DNA of 64,000 bases from Acidobacteriota bacterium (GTDB lineage Bacteria > Acidobacteriota > Terriglobia > Bryobacterales > Bryobacteraceae). The position numbers were made by a program, and so were the translations under genes. The notes below the pieces were generated by a model. It saw nothing but the letters and a program-made list of their open reading frames with translations. It was not told where the DNA came from and did not search any database. Positions 30,001 through 39,129 of the stretch are shown one piece after another; the first letter of the stretch is position 1; the number at the start of each line of letters is the position of its first letter. The stretch is taken from assembly GCA_038060875.1 (NCBI GenBank), contig JBBTDS010000210.1:37167-101166 (forward strand), in the 5' to 3' direction.

Positions 30001-30542
30001 GACTGGGCATAAGGCGTACCTACGTACCGCTGGCGCAGGTTGGTTGTGTTCATGGCGCCCGGCGCCACTAGGGCAAGGCCGTACACACCTCCGCCGAACG
30101 ACGGCAAGTCCATGATCCGCCGTTCATCGACCACCTGGCCCACCGAGGCTTCGGCGGTCTGCAACAACGGCGTCTCGGCTGTTACCTGGACTGTCTCGGT
30201 TGGTGTGCCGACCTGCATGGCGATGTCGATCTCCAGCGTGTCGCCGACCCGCACCTCGATGTTCTCCCGGACGAACTTCTTGAAGCCGGTCGTCTCCGCC
30301 TCCAGCCGGTAAGCGCCCGGCAGCAGGTAGGCCAGCACATAGTTGCCGGCCTGGTTAGTCTTGGCGACGACGGCAACGCCGGTGGCGGCATTGGTGACTC
30401 GCACCTCGGCGCCCGGAATAACCGCCTCGCTAGGGTCGGTCACCCGGCCCAGGATGGTGCCGCGGGCGTCCTGAGCGAGGACGGCAGCAGGCAGAAACAC
30501 AACCAATGCCGCCGCAGCGGCCCACAGCAAACGAGAAGACAT
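27087..30542 (-). CDS. TonB-dependent receptor T5 (group A)
   Basis: 1151-aa ORF with ATG 30542 preceded by GGGAGGG. Signal peptide followed by AQDARGTILGRVTDPSEAVIPGAEVRVTN. The C-terminus is ...MSLWLKF. Confidence 0.9.
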   Translation of the reverse strand: MSSRLLWAAAAALVVFLPAAVLAQDARGTILGRVTDPSEAVIPGAEVRVTNAATGVAVVAKTNQAGNYVLAYLLPGAYRLEAETTGFKKFVRENIEVRVGDTLEIDIAMQVGTPTETVQVTAETPLLQTAEASVGQVVDERRIMDLPSFGGGVYGLALVAPGAMNTTNLRQRYVGTPYAQSDFAVDGAGRMKNEFTIDGVANTMDGTIVFVPPQTSVSEFKVQSASYDASIGHTSGALVNLSLKSGTNELHGEAHFILRNRVFDTPTIFQNRTAQTLPAYQDQRYGLGLGGPVILPKLYNGKNKTFWFYNWEKNWLTYPYDYISSVPTDEMRRGDLSPFLALGSNYQIYDPFTTRPAPGGRFTRDPIPNNVIPPSRLDTVAKNILNYWPKPNQPGTREFRNNFYTTFAGPFPVWTHLARVDHAFSSNHRMYVRFMREGFWSTSNKTFLSDYDGGQFYQDKRGFAFDDVYVLNPSFFVNFRYGLTHRWGSQYRLSRGFDLAKLGFSPGFLALLPDKKNAVFPTVVTGLTPLSWNGRSDGKWSTVINSFNLNFTKLRGEHSFRFGTEFRVYREFENYYPFDITPYLSFSDTYTRGPLDNSPGPPVSGTLAAFLLGIPGGYMNRSANLAQQDKYLALYFHDDLKVTPKLTLNLGLRYELESPITERFNRSVAGFAFDQPSPIEAQARANYAASPIPELPVDQFRVRGGLAFAGVGGTPRNLWTGEKNNLMPRIGFAYQIRPKTVLRGGYGLFFDSLGVNSSGVNQTGFSMSTPIQASLDSGQTYIARTADPFPNGLLEPFGAKGGLATNLGQSVSFFANKRTHPYAQRWSFGFQQLLPGQFLAEASYVGNRGTRLPVTRNLNFVPAQYLSRSPVRDQKTIDYLSQQFPSPLFGTNPIYGRNISRAGLLLPYPQFGGVNVTEPIGYSWYHSLQVRSEKRFSHGWTFQMSYTWSKTMEATGFMNASDPMPYESLSAQDRTHRLVGSWIWELPFGRGRRFGGTMPRALDFVAGGWQINGMVQRQSGPPLDWGDVWTLFTGNPDDVRLPKNQRSVDRWFNIDAGFNRNSAQQLGSNIRVSPWRFNRLGADGQARWDFAAIKSFKLVEKATLQFRAEVVNAWNHPNVYAPTTSPTSSTFGMIFGQDHTRSWIMSLWLKF

Positions 30543-30560
30543 GGAAACCCTCCCTTTGAC

Positions 30561-33500
30561 TCAGAAACTAATGCGCACGCCGAACCGGAACACGCGCTCG
30601 TCGATCCCCTCCCGGCCTGTCCCGCTCGTACCAGTAATCTCGGTGTACCCGCCCAGGCTTCGGATGGAGCCGTCCTGGTTCAGTTGCAGGTTGGAGACGT
30701 TGCCGCCCGGATTGTTGAAGTGCGGAGTATTGGTAAAGTTGAACGATTCAGCGCGGAACTGGATCCGCCAGCGTTCCTGCACCCGGAACTCGCGGAACAG
30801 CCCCACATCCAAATTGACCGCCCCCGGGCCCCGCAACGAGTTGAATCCCGCGGTCCCGAAGCGCGCCTCGGTGACCGGCGCGAAGGCCAGCGGATCGAAG
30901 AACGACTGGCCCCGTCCGACGCCACCCAGCTTGTTGACCGTCGTTTTCACCTGATCGGCCCGCTGCCTGCTTCCGGGCGCATCCAGCGAGGCGCCGGAAG
31001 CGGAAACGCTGAACGGCAAGCCCGAGTAAGCGCTGAAGACAGCATTGACCTGCCAGCCGCCGGCCAGCGCCGACGCCAGCCCTCCGCCGTTGAGCCACCG
31101 CTTGCGGCTGCCGAAGGGCAGCTCGGCGATGCCCGCGATCTGCAAGTTATGCGGCCGGTCGTAGCCGGTCACCGAACGGTTGAGACGGTAATATTCCGGC
31201 AACGGGATCCCAGGACCGCCTTCACTGTCGTCGTTGCAGCAGATCCCCATGGCCTTTGACCACGTGTACATCGCGTAGAGCTGATAGCCGTTGGCAAACC
31301 GGCGTTCCAGCGTGGTTTGCAGGGCGTTGTAGTGCCCGGTCCCAAGCGGCGTGACCAGGTCGGTGGAAGCCGTCCGGCCGAAGCGCTGGTTCAGCGGGAG
31401 ACCCCGGGTGCCGCCCCCCGGCCTGCCTACGTTCAGGTTGATGACCCCAAGCTGCCGGACTTGCCGCGTAGCCACATATCCGGCCTGGCCGGTGAAGCCC
31501 CACTTCAGTTGTCTCTGAAGGGTGAAGTTCCAGGACTGGATGTAGCCCCGGTTGAACCGGTCGGGCAAGGTGGTGGCGACGACATCCCCGGGGATGGCGA
31601 TCCGTCCGTCGCCGAGGTCCGGCGGCTTAACGGACGGTATGCCGTCCCGCAACAAGCCCGCCGGCTGGAAGGCATTGGGCCCCGGTATGGTCAACCCGAT
31701 CGCGGTGGGATAGTTGGCCCGCATGGGATTCGCCAGGCTGTACGGGTCGTTCGTGATGCCGTAGCCGGCGCGGACGACAAAGGTGTCGGTGGCGCGGTAG
31801 GCGATCCCCAGGCGCGGCGCGAAACTCCTCTTGCTTATTTCGACGCCGCAATTGCGCGGCACCGAGCCTACGCCGCAGATCAGCATCCTGTTGGTGCTCG
31901 GATCGTATCGCTCCACCCCGCGGTCGGCGCGAGTCGGGATGGGCAAATACTCCCAGCGGAGACCGTAGGACAAGGTGAGCTTGCGGCTCACCTGCCACTG
32001 ATCCCGAACGTAGTAGCTGTAAAGCCGGGTGCGGTTGGTGAACGGGACGGTCACCTGGAGGATCTTGCCGGTGGTGGTGGGCAGGCCCAGCAGGAAGTTG
32101 GCATAGCTGTTGAACTGGTTGGCGGAAGGACCGCCCCGTACGGTGGTCGGACCGCCGGAAAACGTGAACCCACCGGAGGCGCCGTGGCTGGCGCCACCGA
32201 CCTCCGGCTGGGTCTGGTTAAGCTGTTGGAGGTAGAAGTCCAGACCGAAACGGATGTTATGGCTGCCTTTGGTCCAGTTGGCGTTGGCTACATACTGGTA
32301 CTGGGGATTGTGATAGTACAACGGCCGGTTGGCTGAGGGCGCTCCCAAGCCAGTGTAGCTGCTGATGCTGAACCTCGGCCAGCCGCCCTCGAAACGCCGC
32401 GAGCCGTTGGTTCCAGGAATGCCCAGGAAATCCAGGCCGAGCTTCTCATCCAGCCGGGCGAATTCGCCGGTGGTGTCCAGCAGGGTCCAGCCGAAGTAGG
32501 AATCCACAATCAGGTTCGGCTGAACTACGTAAGTGCCTGCCACCGTGGCCGTGTTCGTGTAGCCAAACGCCTGCGTATCGGCGCTGCGGATGCCGGGACC
32601 GCCCAGGGCTCCAAACACCTGCTCATCGCGGATCTCGTGCCTGAACGTGCCGAAACGCCCGTACATGGTGAACTTGCTGCTGGCATGCCAGTTGACCTTC
32701 GCGTCCACCGAGTGGCGATCGAAGCCGAACGGCGCGGTCGCATAGTAGTTGCTGGTCAGCGAGTCCGAGAACGTCGGCGGAGGGGTGAGCGCCACCAATT
32801 TCTGGACAATGGGATCGATCCGTGACCGTGGGACGATGTTGCCGGGTAAGGCGGTTCTCCCGCTTCCGTCGGGATTCCCCGTCAGCGGATCGTAGACGGG
32901 TCTGGGGGACGCCGACATGTCTCCACTCCGGATACCCGCCGTCGGAACGGTCGCAAACGTGGCCCCTGTCCTGCGCTCGAGCATTCCCTCATAGCTGGCG
33001 AAGTAGAACAGCCTGTTCCGCACTATGGGGCCGCCCAGGGTGGCGCCAAACTGGTTGAAAACCGCCTTCGGATTCCTTTCCCCGGGCGGATTGAAGAAAG
33101 GCTTGGCCTTCAGTTGATTGTCGTCGTGATACTCAAACAGAGCGCCGTGTAGCTCGTTGGTGCCGCTCTTGGTCTGAACGTTGATGACCGCGCCGCCCGC
33201 CAGTCCTTGCTCGGCATCGAAGGCGTTGGTGACCACGTTCACCGTCTCGATCGACTCCAACGCGGGCACGTAGGCTGCCACCCGCGGCAGCCAGATGTTG
33301 ATCGCGCTGGCGCCATCGATCCGGACGTTGTTGGATTGGTTCGAGGTGCCGTTGACGTTGAACCCCAGCGCCCGCGAAGGGTTGACTGAAGAGCTGTGGC
33401 GATTCGCCGGCGGCGTGAATCCCGGAAGAATCTTGAACAGTTGCTGGTAGTTTCTTCCGGGCGGGATCGGCAGATTCTGGAGCTCCCGGCTGGTCATCTC

Positions 33501-33929
33501 GGCACGAACCTCGGCCCGGTCAGTTTGCAGGGCAGCAGGCTGCTCGGTCACCTCCACCGACTGGGTGATGGCTCCGAGTTGTAGCGTCACATCCACGCGG
33601 GAAACGGTGTTGATGGTGACTCCCACGTCTTTCCTGGAGAAGAGGGCGAATCCCTCTTTCCTGACGCTGACGTCATACAGTCCGCTCGAAAGCGTCGGAA
33701 AGACGTAACTGCCCGCGTCGCTCGTAAGCGCCCGCCGGGATTGATTGGTCACCTTGTGGGTTATCGTGACTTCCGCGCCCGGAACAGGCGCGTCGCTGGC
33801 ATCTTTGACGTTACCAACGAGCGAACCGTACAGCACCTGCCCATACGCCTGGGGCGGGGTCCACAGGGCCGCCAGCACCACACCGCCGAGGAGGAGCCTG
33901 GCGGGAAAGTTCCTGCTTCTGGATGTCAT
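30561..33929 (-). CDS. TonB-dependent receptor T6 (singleton type)
   Basis: 1122-aa ORF. Its ATG at 33929 directly abuts the DUF1080 stop (TAAATG). Signal peptide followed by YGSLVGNVKDASDAPVPGAEVTITH. The C-terminus is ...FGVRISF. Confidence 0.85.
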   Translation of the reverse strand: MTSRSRNFPARLLLGGVVLAALWTPPQAYGQVLYGSLVGNVKDASDAPVPGAEVTITHKVTNQSRRALTSDAGSYVFPTLSSGLYDVSVRKEGFALFSRKDVGVTINTVSRVDVTLQLGAITQSVEVTEQPAALQTDRAEVRAEMTSRELQNLPIPPGRNYQQLFKILPGFTPPANRHSSSVNPSRALGFNVNGTSNQSNNVRIDGASAINIWLPRVAAYVPALESIETVNVVTNAFDAEQGLAGGAVINVQTKSGTNELHGALFEYHDDNQLKAKPFFNPPGERNPKAVFNQFGATLGGPIVRNRLFYFASYEGMLERRTGATFATVPTAGIRSGDMSASPRPVYDPLTGNPDGSGRTALPGNIVPRSRIDPIVQKLVALTPPPTFSDSLTSNYYATAPFGFDRHSVDAKVNWHASSKFTMYGRFGTFRHEIRDEQVFGALGGPGIRSADTQAFGYTNTATVAGTYVVQPNLIVDSYFGWTLLDTTGEFARLDEKLGLDFLGIPGTNGSRRFEGGWPRFSISSYTGLGAPSANRPLYYHNPQYQYVANANWTKGSHNIRFGLDFYLQQLNQTQPEVGGASHGASGGFTFSGGPTTVRGGPSANQFNSYANFLLGLPTTTGKILQVTVPFTNRTRLYSYYVRDQWQVSRKLTLSYGLRWEYLPIPTRADRGVERYDPSTNRMLICGVGSVPRNCGVEISKRSFAPRLGIAYRATDTFVVRAGYGITNDPYSLANPMRANYPTAIGLTIPGPNAFQPAGLLRDGIPSVKPPDLGDGRIAIPGDVVATTLPDRFNRGYIQSWNFTLQRQLKWGFTGQAGYVATRQVRQLGVINLNVGRPGGGTRGLPLNQRFGRTASTDLVTPLGTGHYNALQTTLERRFANGYQLYAMYTWSKAMGICCNDDSEGGPGIPLPEYYRLNRSVTGYDRPHNLQIAGIAELPFGSRKRWLNGGGLASALAGGWQVNAVFSAYSGLPFSVSASGASLDAPGSRQRADQVKTTVNKLGGVGRGQSFFDPLAFAPVTEARFGTAGFNSLRGPGAVNLDVGLFREFRVQERWRIQFRAESFNFTNTPHFNNPGGNVSNLQLNQDGSIRSLGGYTEITGTSGTGREGIDERVFRFGVRISF

Positions 33930-34511
33930 TTATTCCTCGATCTCTATGTCCTTGAATCTCACGGTCATGTTTCGGGAGTGCAACTGAAAGCCGATGGCGC
34001 CCCGCCGCGACCGGACGTGGTCAGCTTCAGACACATTCTCGCCGTTCAGTTCAACCTCGATGTGCGTCCCTTTGCAGGCGATCAAGAGTTGGTTCCACTC
34101 GCCCGACTTGAGCTTGCGCTGGGGAGCGCGCGCCAGCAGGTAAATGCTGCCGGTGGGGTAGTCTGCGTCGGGACCGTCGTAAATCTGGATCTCATACCCG
34201 TTGTGCGCCGGTGAGCGGACACCGCGGGCGTGTGAAGGATCGCGGATGGCGATCCCGCTGTTCCCACCCGGGCTAATCCAGAACTTAAGCCGCAGCCGGA
34301 AATCGGAGTACTCCTGCTGAGTCATCAGCCACCCGACTCCTGGCTTCTCCGGCGTTGAGCAGCCGACGAGGACGCCCCCATGGATTGTCCAGCGCGCTGT
34401 CCCCACGCGTTCAAAGCCGCTCAGGTCCTGCCCGTTGAGAAGCGGCCTCCAGCCGTCGGCCCCGAGAGCCGGCGCCAGAAGGAGCGCGACGGACAAAAGC
34501 CTGGAAGCCAT
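33930..34511 (-). CDS. DUF1080 (3-keto-disaccharide-hydrolase-like) exported protein
   Basis: The start is set at ATG 34511 (GGAG 6 nt upstream; the ORF-track TTG is at 34532). Signal peptide MASRLLSVALLLAPALGA. LLNGQDLSGF..W..GGVLVG, GNSGIAIR, GYEIQIYD, GAIGFQLH and VRFKDIEI resemble the DUF1080 pattern. Confidence 0.7.
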   Translation of the reverse strand: MASRLLSVALLLAPALGADGWRPLLNGQDLSGFERVGTARWTIHGGVLVGCSTPEKPGVGWLMTQQEYSDFRLRLKFWISPGGNSGIAIRDPSHARGVRSPAHNGYEIQIYDGPDADYPTGSIYLLARAPQRKLKSGEWNQLLIACKGTHIEVELNGENVSEADHVRSRRGAIGFQLHSRNMTVRFKDIEIEE

Positions 34512-34528
34512 TGAATCTCCGAGTTTCC

Positions 34529-37500
34529 TCAAAAGCCCAGCCGCAGGCCGAACTGAATCTGCCGCGGCGTGTTGACCTGGCTCAGCCGGATGCGGCCGAA
34601 ATCCCCGGAGGTCACCGAGGTGTTGGGCCCCGCGAAAATGACCTGGTTCAGCGCGTTGAACATCTCGGCGCGGAAGTCCACCGCTACCCGCTCGTTTACC
34701 GCAATCCTCTTTTCGACGAGGACGTCCCAGTTGGCGTCGCCGGGAATGCGAACGTCCGGCAGGGCGCGGCTCACGTTGCCGAAGGCGAACTGCGGTGTGC
34801 GCACGAAGGCGGCTGGGTTGAAATAGAGCGCACCGTCCACGTATTGGCGCTTGCCATCCAGCCGAGCTTTCTGGCCGGTGGCATTAGGCCGCATGGATCC
34901 CCCGCCGCCGAAGGAGTTGGAATCGTTGGGGGAAAAGACTGAAACCGGGGTACCGTTGTCAACACTGATGAAGCCGGCCAGGCTCCATCCTCCGATGAGG
35001 CGCGCCAGCGCACCTCGGTTCAGGCGGGGCTTGCCTACCCCAAGGGGCAACTCGTAGCGGTAGCTGAGCCGGAACACATCCGGAACGTGCTGGTACGAGA
35101 TTGAGCGGTCGCAGGGGTAGCAGTAGTTATTATTGGGATTGGTGGCGTAACCCATCGAGCCCGAAAACTCCGAGGCGTTGTCGATGATCTTGCTGTGAGT
35201 GTAAGCCAGCAGCACGGCCAGCCCCTGCGAGAAACGGCGCTCCAGCTTCAACTCCAGCGCGTGATAGGTGGAATGGCCCACCGGCGTCTGCGTCTCGTAC
35301 ATGTCCAGGAAGTGCGGATAGGGCCGCAGCAGTTGTCCGCGCTGCACCTGGGTGCGGCTCAAGATGGAAGTAGGTTCGGTGATGACGCGGTAGAACGGAT
35401 TGGCCACGAGCTGGTTGAGCGCCGTACCCTGCGAGAGCTGCTCCATCGGCAACTGGTTGTAATTCACGCTGGTGGGCAGGGCCACGCCGGCGGTTCCGGT
35501 GTAGCCGACATCCACGACCCAAGCCCAGGGCAGTTGCCGCTGCACGTCGAGTGACCACTGGGACTGATACGGCAGCCGCTGGACCCGCGGCGCCCCGCTG
35601 ATCCCCTCGCCCACGAAGGTGAGCAACCCCAAGCTGTTGCCCGGAGGTTGCGGGACTCCCGCCGGGAAGGGATTGCCCAGGCTGAACGTGGGCGTCACGC
35701 CGTCGGCCTCGGCGGTCAGAGATGAGTTCCTGCGCTCGAAGCCCAGCGAGGTGTCGGTGTTGTGCACGAACGGGTGGCGGAACATGCCGAACCCGCTGCG
35801 GACCACCGTCTTGTCGTTAAGCTGCCAGGCCAGGCCGAGGCGCGGATCGAAGTTGTCGGTGTCGGTGATCTGTGTGCGCCGGCCGCGCCCCTCCACTCCT
35901 GGGAAACCGATGCCGCCGCGCAGATCGGGGAACCCGGGCGCCTTGCCGGCCAAGGATGACGGGCTGAAACGATCCAGGAAGATAAGGATGTCACCCACGG
36001 ACGTGTTCGGCTTCTCCATGCTGTAGCGCAGCCCCAGCGTGAGGGTGAGCTTGGGTGTCAGCTTGATCTCGTCCTGCACGTAGCCTGCGTAGTAGGGATG
36101 CTGGTAATCCCAGAGGGGCCGGATCAGCACAGAGACGCCGGCCGCGCCCAGCAGCAGGTCAGCCAGACCGCGCCCGGAAGGCGCGGAAGCCGCCTGAGGG
36201 TTGGGGCCGCCGGTGAAGGCCCCGCTGGCCGAGATTCCAACCGGCGCCGGGCGATCCATGGTGGTGCGGTAAAGCCGGAAGTCCAAACCGCTCTTCAGCG
36301 TGTGACGCCCGCGCAACAGCGTGACTGCGGCCCCGTACTGGTGTACCGTCGAGACCACCGCGCTGTAAGTGGTGCCCGAAGATCCCAGGCTGCTCAGCCC
36401 GCCGATGCTCCCCTGGACGAACTGCGCCGCTCGCTGGCTTTCCGGAATGTACTTGGGGAAGCCCAGCGTGGTCAAGTCGAATCCGAGAAAGTGCGGGATG
36501 CGGTTGCCCTGGGTCTCGGCAACTGAAAAATGGTGCTCGAAGACCGACGCCGGCGTCACCGTCCAGGTGTGGTTGACCATCCAGTTCGTCCCTGGTATGC
36601 GGTTGGGCGACTCGACCGGCGAGGCCCGATTCCCGTATACCAGCGGCATCACGTTCATGTTCTCGAACCAGTTGTAGCGCCCGAAGAAAAGGTGCTTGGA
36701 TGAAATCTGATGGTCGATGCGCAGGTCCACCCGGTCGGAATCCGGCGAGTTGGCGGCGGCGATGTGATAGTTGTCGGTGTCGCTCAAGCCGCGGCCCGGC
36801 TGGTTGGGCGCCGGGTAGTACTTGATCAGGTTCAGGGCGATTGGGTTCAACTGGGCGGCCGGAATCGCGTTGCCGGGAAACTGATCCCGGATATAGCGCG
36901 TGGTCCCGGCCGGTCGGTCGGGATCGAGGCGCGTGGTGCGGGGATCGAAGATGCGGATGAGCCGGCCGCTCGGGTCCAGCGATCGCGAGAAATCCCCCCG
37001 GCGTTCCGGATCGGTGGGCACCGATCCGGTCCAGGACCAAAAGCTGCGCTCGCGCAGCCCTTCGTAGCCGACGAAAAAGAACGTCCGGTTCCGGCCGTTG
37101 TACAACTTCGGCGCCCAGACCGGCCCGCCGAGCGTAAAACCGAACTGGTTGCGCTTGAAGCTAGGCTTGCTTTGGCCGGCGCGGTTGGCGTTGAAGCCGT
37201 TAGCATCCAGGCGGCTGTTGCGCAGGAACTCGTGCACGGTGCCGTGCGGATCATTCGTTCCGGACTTGATGGCGAAACTGATCACGCCGCCTCCGGTGCG
37301 TCCGAACTCGGCGGCATAGGGGCTGGTGTTCACCTTGAACTCGCGTATGGCGTCCACCTGGGGGATGGCGGTGAGCTGGTTGTTGTAGGTGGCGATATTG
37401 GTGGCCCCGTCGAGCAGGATCTCGCTGGTGCCGCTGCGCCCGCCGTTGATGCGGAACGCGTTGGTTTGGGACTGGCTCGAAGTGTTGATGCCCGCGTCGC

Positions 37501-37984
37501 GCCTTCCTTTGGTGACCCCGGGCGCCAGTGTCAGCAGCAGCAAGGGGTTGCGCAGGTTCAGCGGGATGCTGGCGAGGAATTGGTTCTCCACCACCGTGCC
37601 GCGGTCGGCGCGACTGGTGGTCAGCAGCGGCGCGGTATCGGTCACCGTGATCGATTCCTTGACGTCCCCGGGCTTCAGTTGCAGGTTGACCGTCCGCGAC
37701 TGGCCGACCTCCAGGGTGATGGCGTCCACCCGCGTCGCCGAAAAGCCCGGCGCCGAAGCCGACACGTCATAGACGCCCGGCGGCTGCGGCGGCAACACGT
37801 AATAGCCTTCGGCGTTGGAAGCGGTCACCGTTCGGATGCCGGTGGACCGGTTGATTAGCTCGATCGCGGCCCCGGGTATCACCGCCCCCGAGGAATCCAC
37901 CACACGTCCGGCGACTTTCGCGTTCTGGGCGTGAGCGGACGCCGCGAGAAACCAGACCAAGATTAAGACAGCGCGACTCTTCAT
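34529..37984 (-). CDS. TonB-dependent receptor T7 (singleton type)
   Basis: The start is set at ATG 37984 (MKSRAVLILVWFLAASAHAQ), preceded by AGGAGG. CarboxypepD_reg-like VAGRVVDSSGAVIPGAAIELIN. The C-terminus is ...FGLRLGF. Confidence 0.85.
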   Translation of the reverse strand: MKSRAVLILVWFLAASAHAQNAKVAGRVVDSSGAVIPGAAIELINRSTGIRTVTASNAEGYYVLPPQPPGVYDVSASAPGFSATRVDAITLEVGQSRTVNLQLKPGDVKESITVTDTAPLLTTSRADRGTVVENQFLASIPLNLRNPLLLLTLAPGVTKGRRDAGINTSSQSQTNAFRINGGRSGTSEILLDGATNIATYNNQLTAIPQVDAIREFKVNTSPYAAEFGRTGGGVISFAIKSGTNDPHGTVHEFLRNSRLDANGFNANRAGQSKPSFKRNQFGFTLGGPVWAPKLYNGRNRTFFFVGYEGLRERSFWSWTGSVPTDPERRGDFSRSLDPSGRLIRIFDPRTTRLDPDRPAGTTRYIRDQFPGNAIPAAQLNPIALNLIKYYPAPNQPGRGLSDTDNYHIAAANSPDSDRVDLRIDHQISSKHLFFGRYNWFENMNVMPLVYGNRASPVESPNRIPGTNWMVNHTWTVTPASVFEHHFSVAETQGNRIPHFLGFDLTTLGFPKYIPESQRAAQFVQGSIGGLSSLGSSGTTYSAVVSTVHQYGAAVTLLRGRHTLKSGLDFRLYRTTMDRPAPVGISASGAFTGGPNPQAASAPSGRGLADLLLGAAGVSVLIRPLWDYQHPYYAGYVQDEIKLTPKLTLTLGLRYSMEKPNTSVGDILIFLDRFSPSSLAGKAPGFPDLRGGIGFPGVEGRGRRTQITDTDNFDPRLGLAWQLNDKTVVRSGFGMFRHPFVHNTDTSLGFERRNSSLTAEADGVTPTFSLGNPFPAGVPQPPGNSLGLLTFVGEGISGAPRVQRLPYQSQWSLDVQRQLPWAWVVDVGYTGTAGVALPTSVNYNQLPMEQLSQGTALNQLVANPFYRVITEPTSILSRTQVQRGQLLRPYPHFLDMYETQTPVGHSTYHALELKLERRFSQGLAVLLAYTHSKIIDNASEFSGSMGYATNPNNNYCYPCDRSISYQHVPDVFRLSYRYELPLGVGKPRLNRGALARLIGGWSLAGFISVDNGTPVSVFSPNDSNSFGGGGSMRPNATGQKARLDGKRQYVDGALYFNPAAFVRTPQFAFGNVSRALPDVRIPGDANWDVLVEKRIAVNERVAVDFRAEMFNALNQVIFAGPNTSVTSGDFGRIRLSQVNTPRQIQFGLRLGF

Positions 37985-38071
37985 ACATCCTCCTGTTTTC
38001 GGCGGGTCTGAATTGAGACCAGCACCTCTCATGCACCCCATCGGCCCCAAGGCCGACGACACCTTGGAGGT

Positions 38072-38100
38072 ATTCTGATCCGCTTAGCCCCCGGTGTCAA
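38072..38100 (-). promoter_or_regulatory. sigma70-type promoter for T7
   Basis: Minus strand reads TTGACA (38100-38095), a 17-nt spacer, then CAGAAT (38077-38072). This implies a leader of roughly 80-90 nt ending in AGGAGG before ATG 37984. Confidence 0.5.
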
Positions 38101-38180
38101 TCGGGAAAGAGGGAATTGCTTTCAGTTTGAAAGAAACACCGCACCGTCCCGAGGCGGCAGGGGTGCTGTCTGCGCCCGTC

Positions 38181-39026
38181 CTAATAAGGGAACGTCTCGG
38201 TCAGCTCCGCATCGCTGAGCTCTTTCAGGAACGTCGAGATGCGGTCCAGGAAGAGGTCGATGAGCTTCTGCCCTTTGGCCGCCGTAGCCTTCGTCGGATC
38301 GCCCAGGCCGGTGTTGTCGCTGACGTATTTCCAGGGGCGGATGAAGTTGATGTACGGCGCCTTCAGGCTGTTGAGCTTCAATTCCGCTTCGCGCGCTTTG
38401 ACCGCCTTTCCCATCTGCACCCTGGCCGGATACAGGGCGAGCGCGATCGAGGTCTCCTCTTCGGAGGCATGGTCGCCGCTGGTCTCGATGATCTCGGCCA
38501 CCTGATCCCGGTACGGGACCCAGGTCTCCACCATGGTCACAAACACCTTGGGATTGCTGGCGAACAGTTCGCGCAGGGCCGCGCCCAGGGTAGTCGTGTT
38601 GCCGCCATGCCCGTTCAGGATGACCAGCTTGCGGATCCCATGTTGTTCGAGGGTTTCGACCGTGTCCTTGACGAACTGGATCATCGTCGCCGGCCGGATC
38701 GACTGCGCGTAAGGATTGGGCGCCTGGTTCGTGTTGACGCCGTACGGCATCGCCGGGAGCACCAGCACCTTGGCGCCCTTGGAGTTGGCCCGAACCGCAA
38801 CCCGCGCAGCCATAGCGTCCACCGTCCAGGTGTCGTTGGCGTACGGCAGGTGGTTGCCGTGGGGCTCCGTGGCGCCTATCGGCAGCATCACCACCCGGAC
38901 CTCGCGCTGCCTCACCTCCGGGTGGGTCAAGTTCTCCAGCTTCACTGCGGCCTCAGTCTGCGCTGTCGCGGTCGAACTGGATGCCAGCAGGGCGGCAAGA
39001 CCGGCGACTGAAAGAAGTGAATTCAT
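38181..39026 (-). CDS. creatininase-family amidohydrolase, exported
   Basis: The start is set at ATG 39026 (MNSLLSVAGLAALLASSSTATAQ, signal peptide; GGAGGA upstream). The motifs GATEPHGNHLPYANDT and LNGHGGN are typical of the creatininase fold. Confidence 0.8.
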   Translation of the reverse strand: MNSLLSVAGLAALLASSSTATAQTEAAVKLENLTHPEVRQREVRVVMLPIGATEPHGNHLPYANDTWTVDAMAARVAVRANSKGAKVLVLPAMPYGVNTNQAPNPYAQSIRPATMIQFVKDTVETLEQHGIRKLVILNGHGGNTTTLGAALRELFASNPKVFVTMVETWVPYRDQVAEIIETSGDHASEEETSIALALYPARVQMGKAVKAREAELKLNSLKAPYINFIRPWKYVSDNTGLGDPTKATAAKGQKLIDLFLDRISTFLKELSDAELTETFPY

Positions 39027-39060
39027 AGGTCCTCTGTTCCTCCGCTGTCTATTCGGAGAT

Positions 39061-39089
39061 ATTCTGACCCTGCCGCGTCCGCTTGTCAA
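39061..39089 (-). promoter_or_regulatory. sigma70-type promoter for the periplasmic creatininase-family gene
   Basis: Minus strand reads TTGACA (39089-39084), a 17-nt spacer, then CAGAAT (39066-39061). A leader of about 27 nt carrying GGAGGA precedes ATG 39026. The -10 and its downstream bases (CAGAATAYCTCC) resemble the promoter at 38072-38100. Confidence 0.5.
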
Positions 39090-39129
39090 TGAGCCGGATG
39101 GGGCCGGTTTTAGTGCATCTCTCCCACCG

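Noticed and set aside
37985-38071. The ~85-nt T7 leader as a riboswitch (receptors are often riboswitch-controlled).
   Set aside because: It is too short for cobalamin- or TPP-type aptamers and I recognise no conserved riboswitch motifs. The one 6-bp inverted repeat (38047-38067) straddles the predicted TSS.
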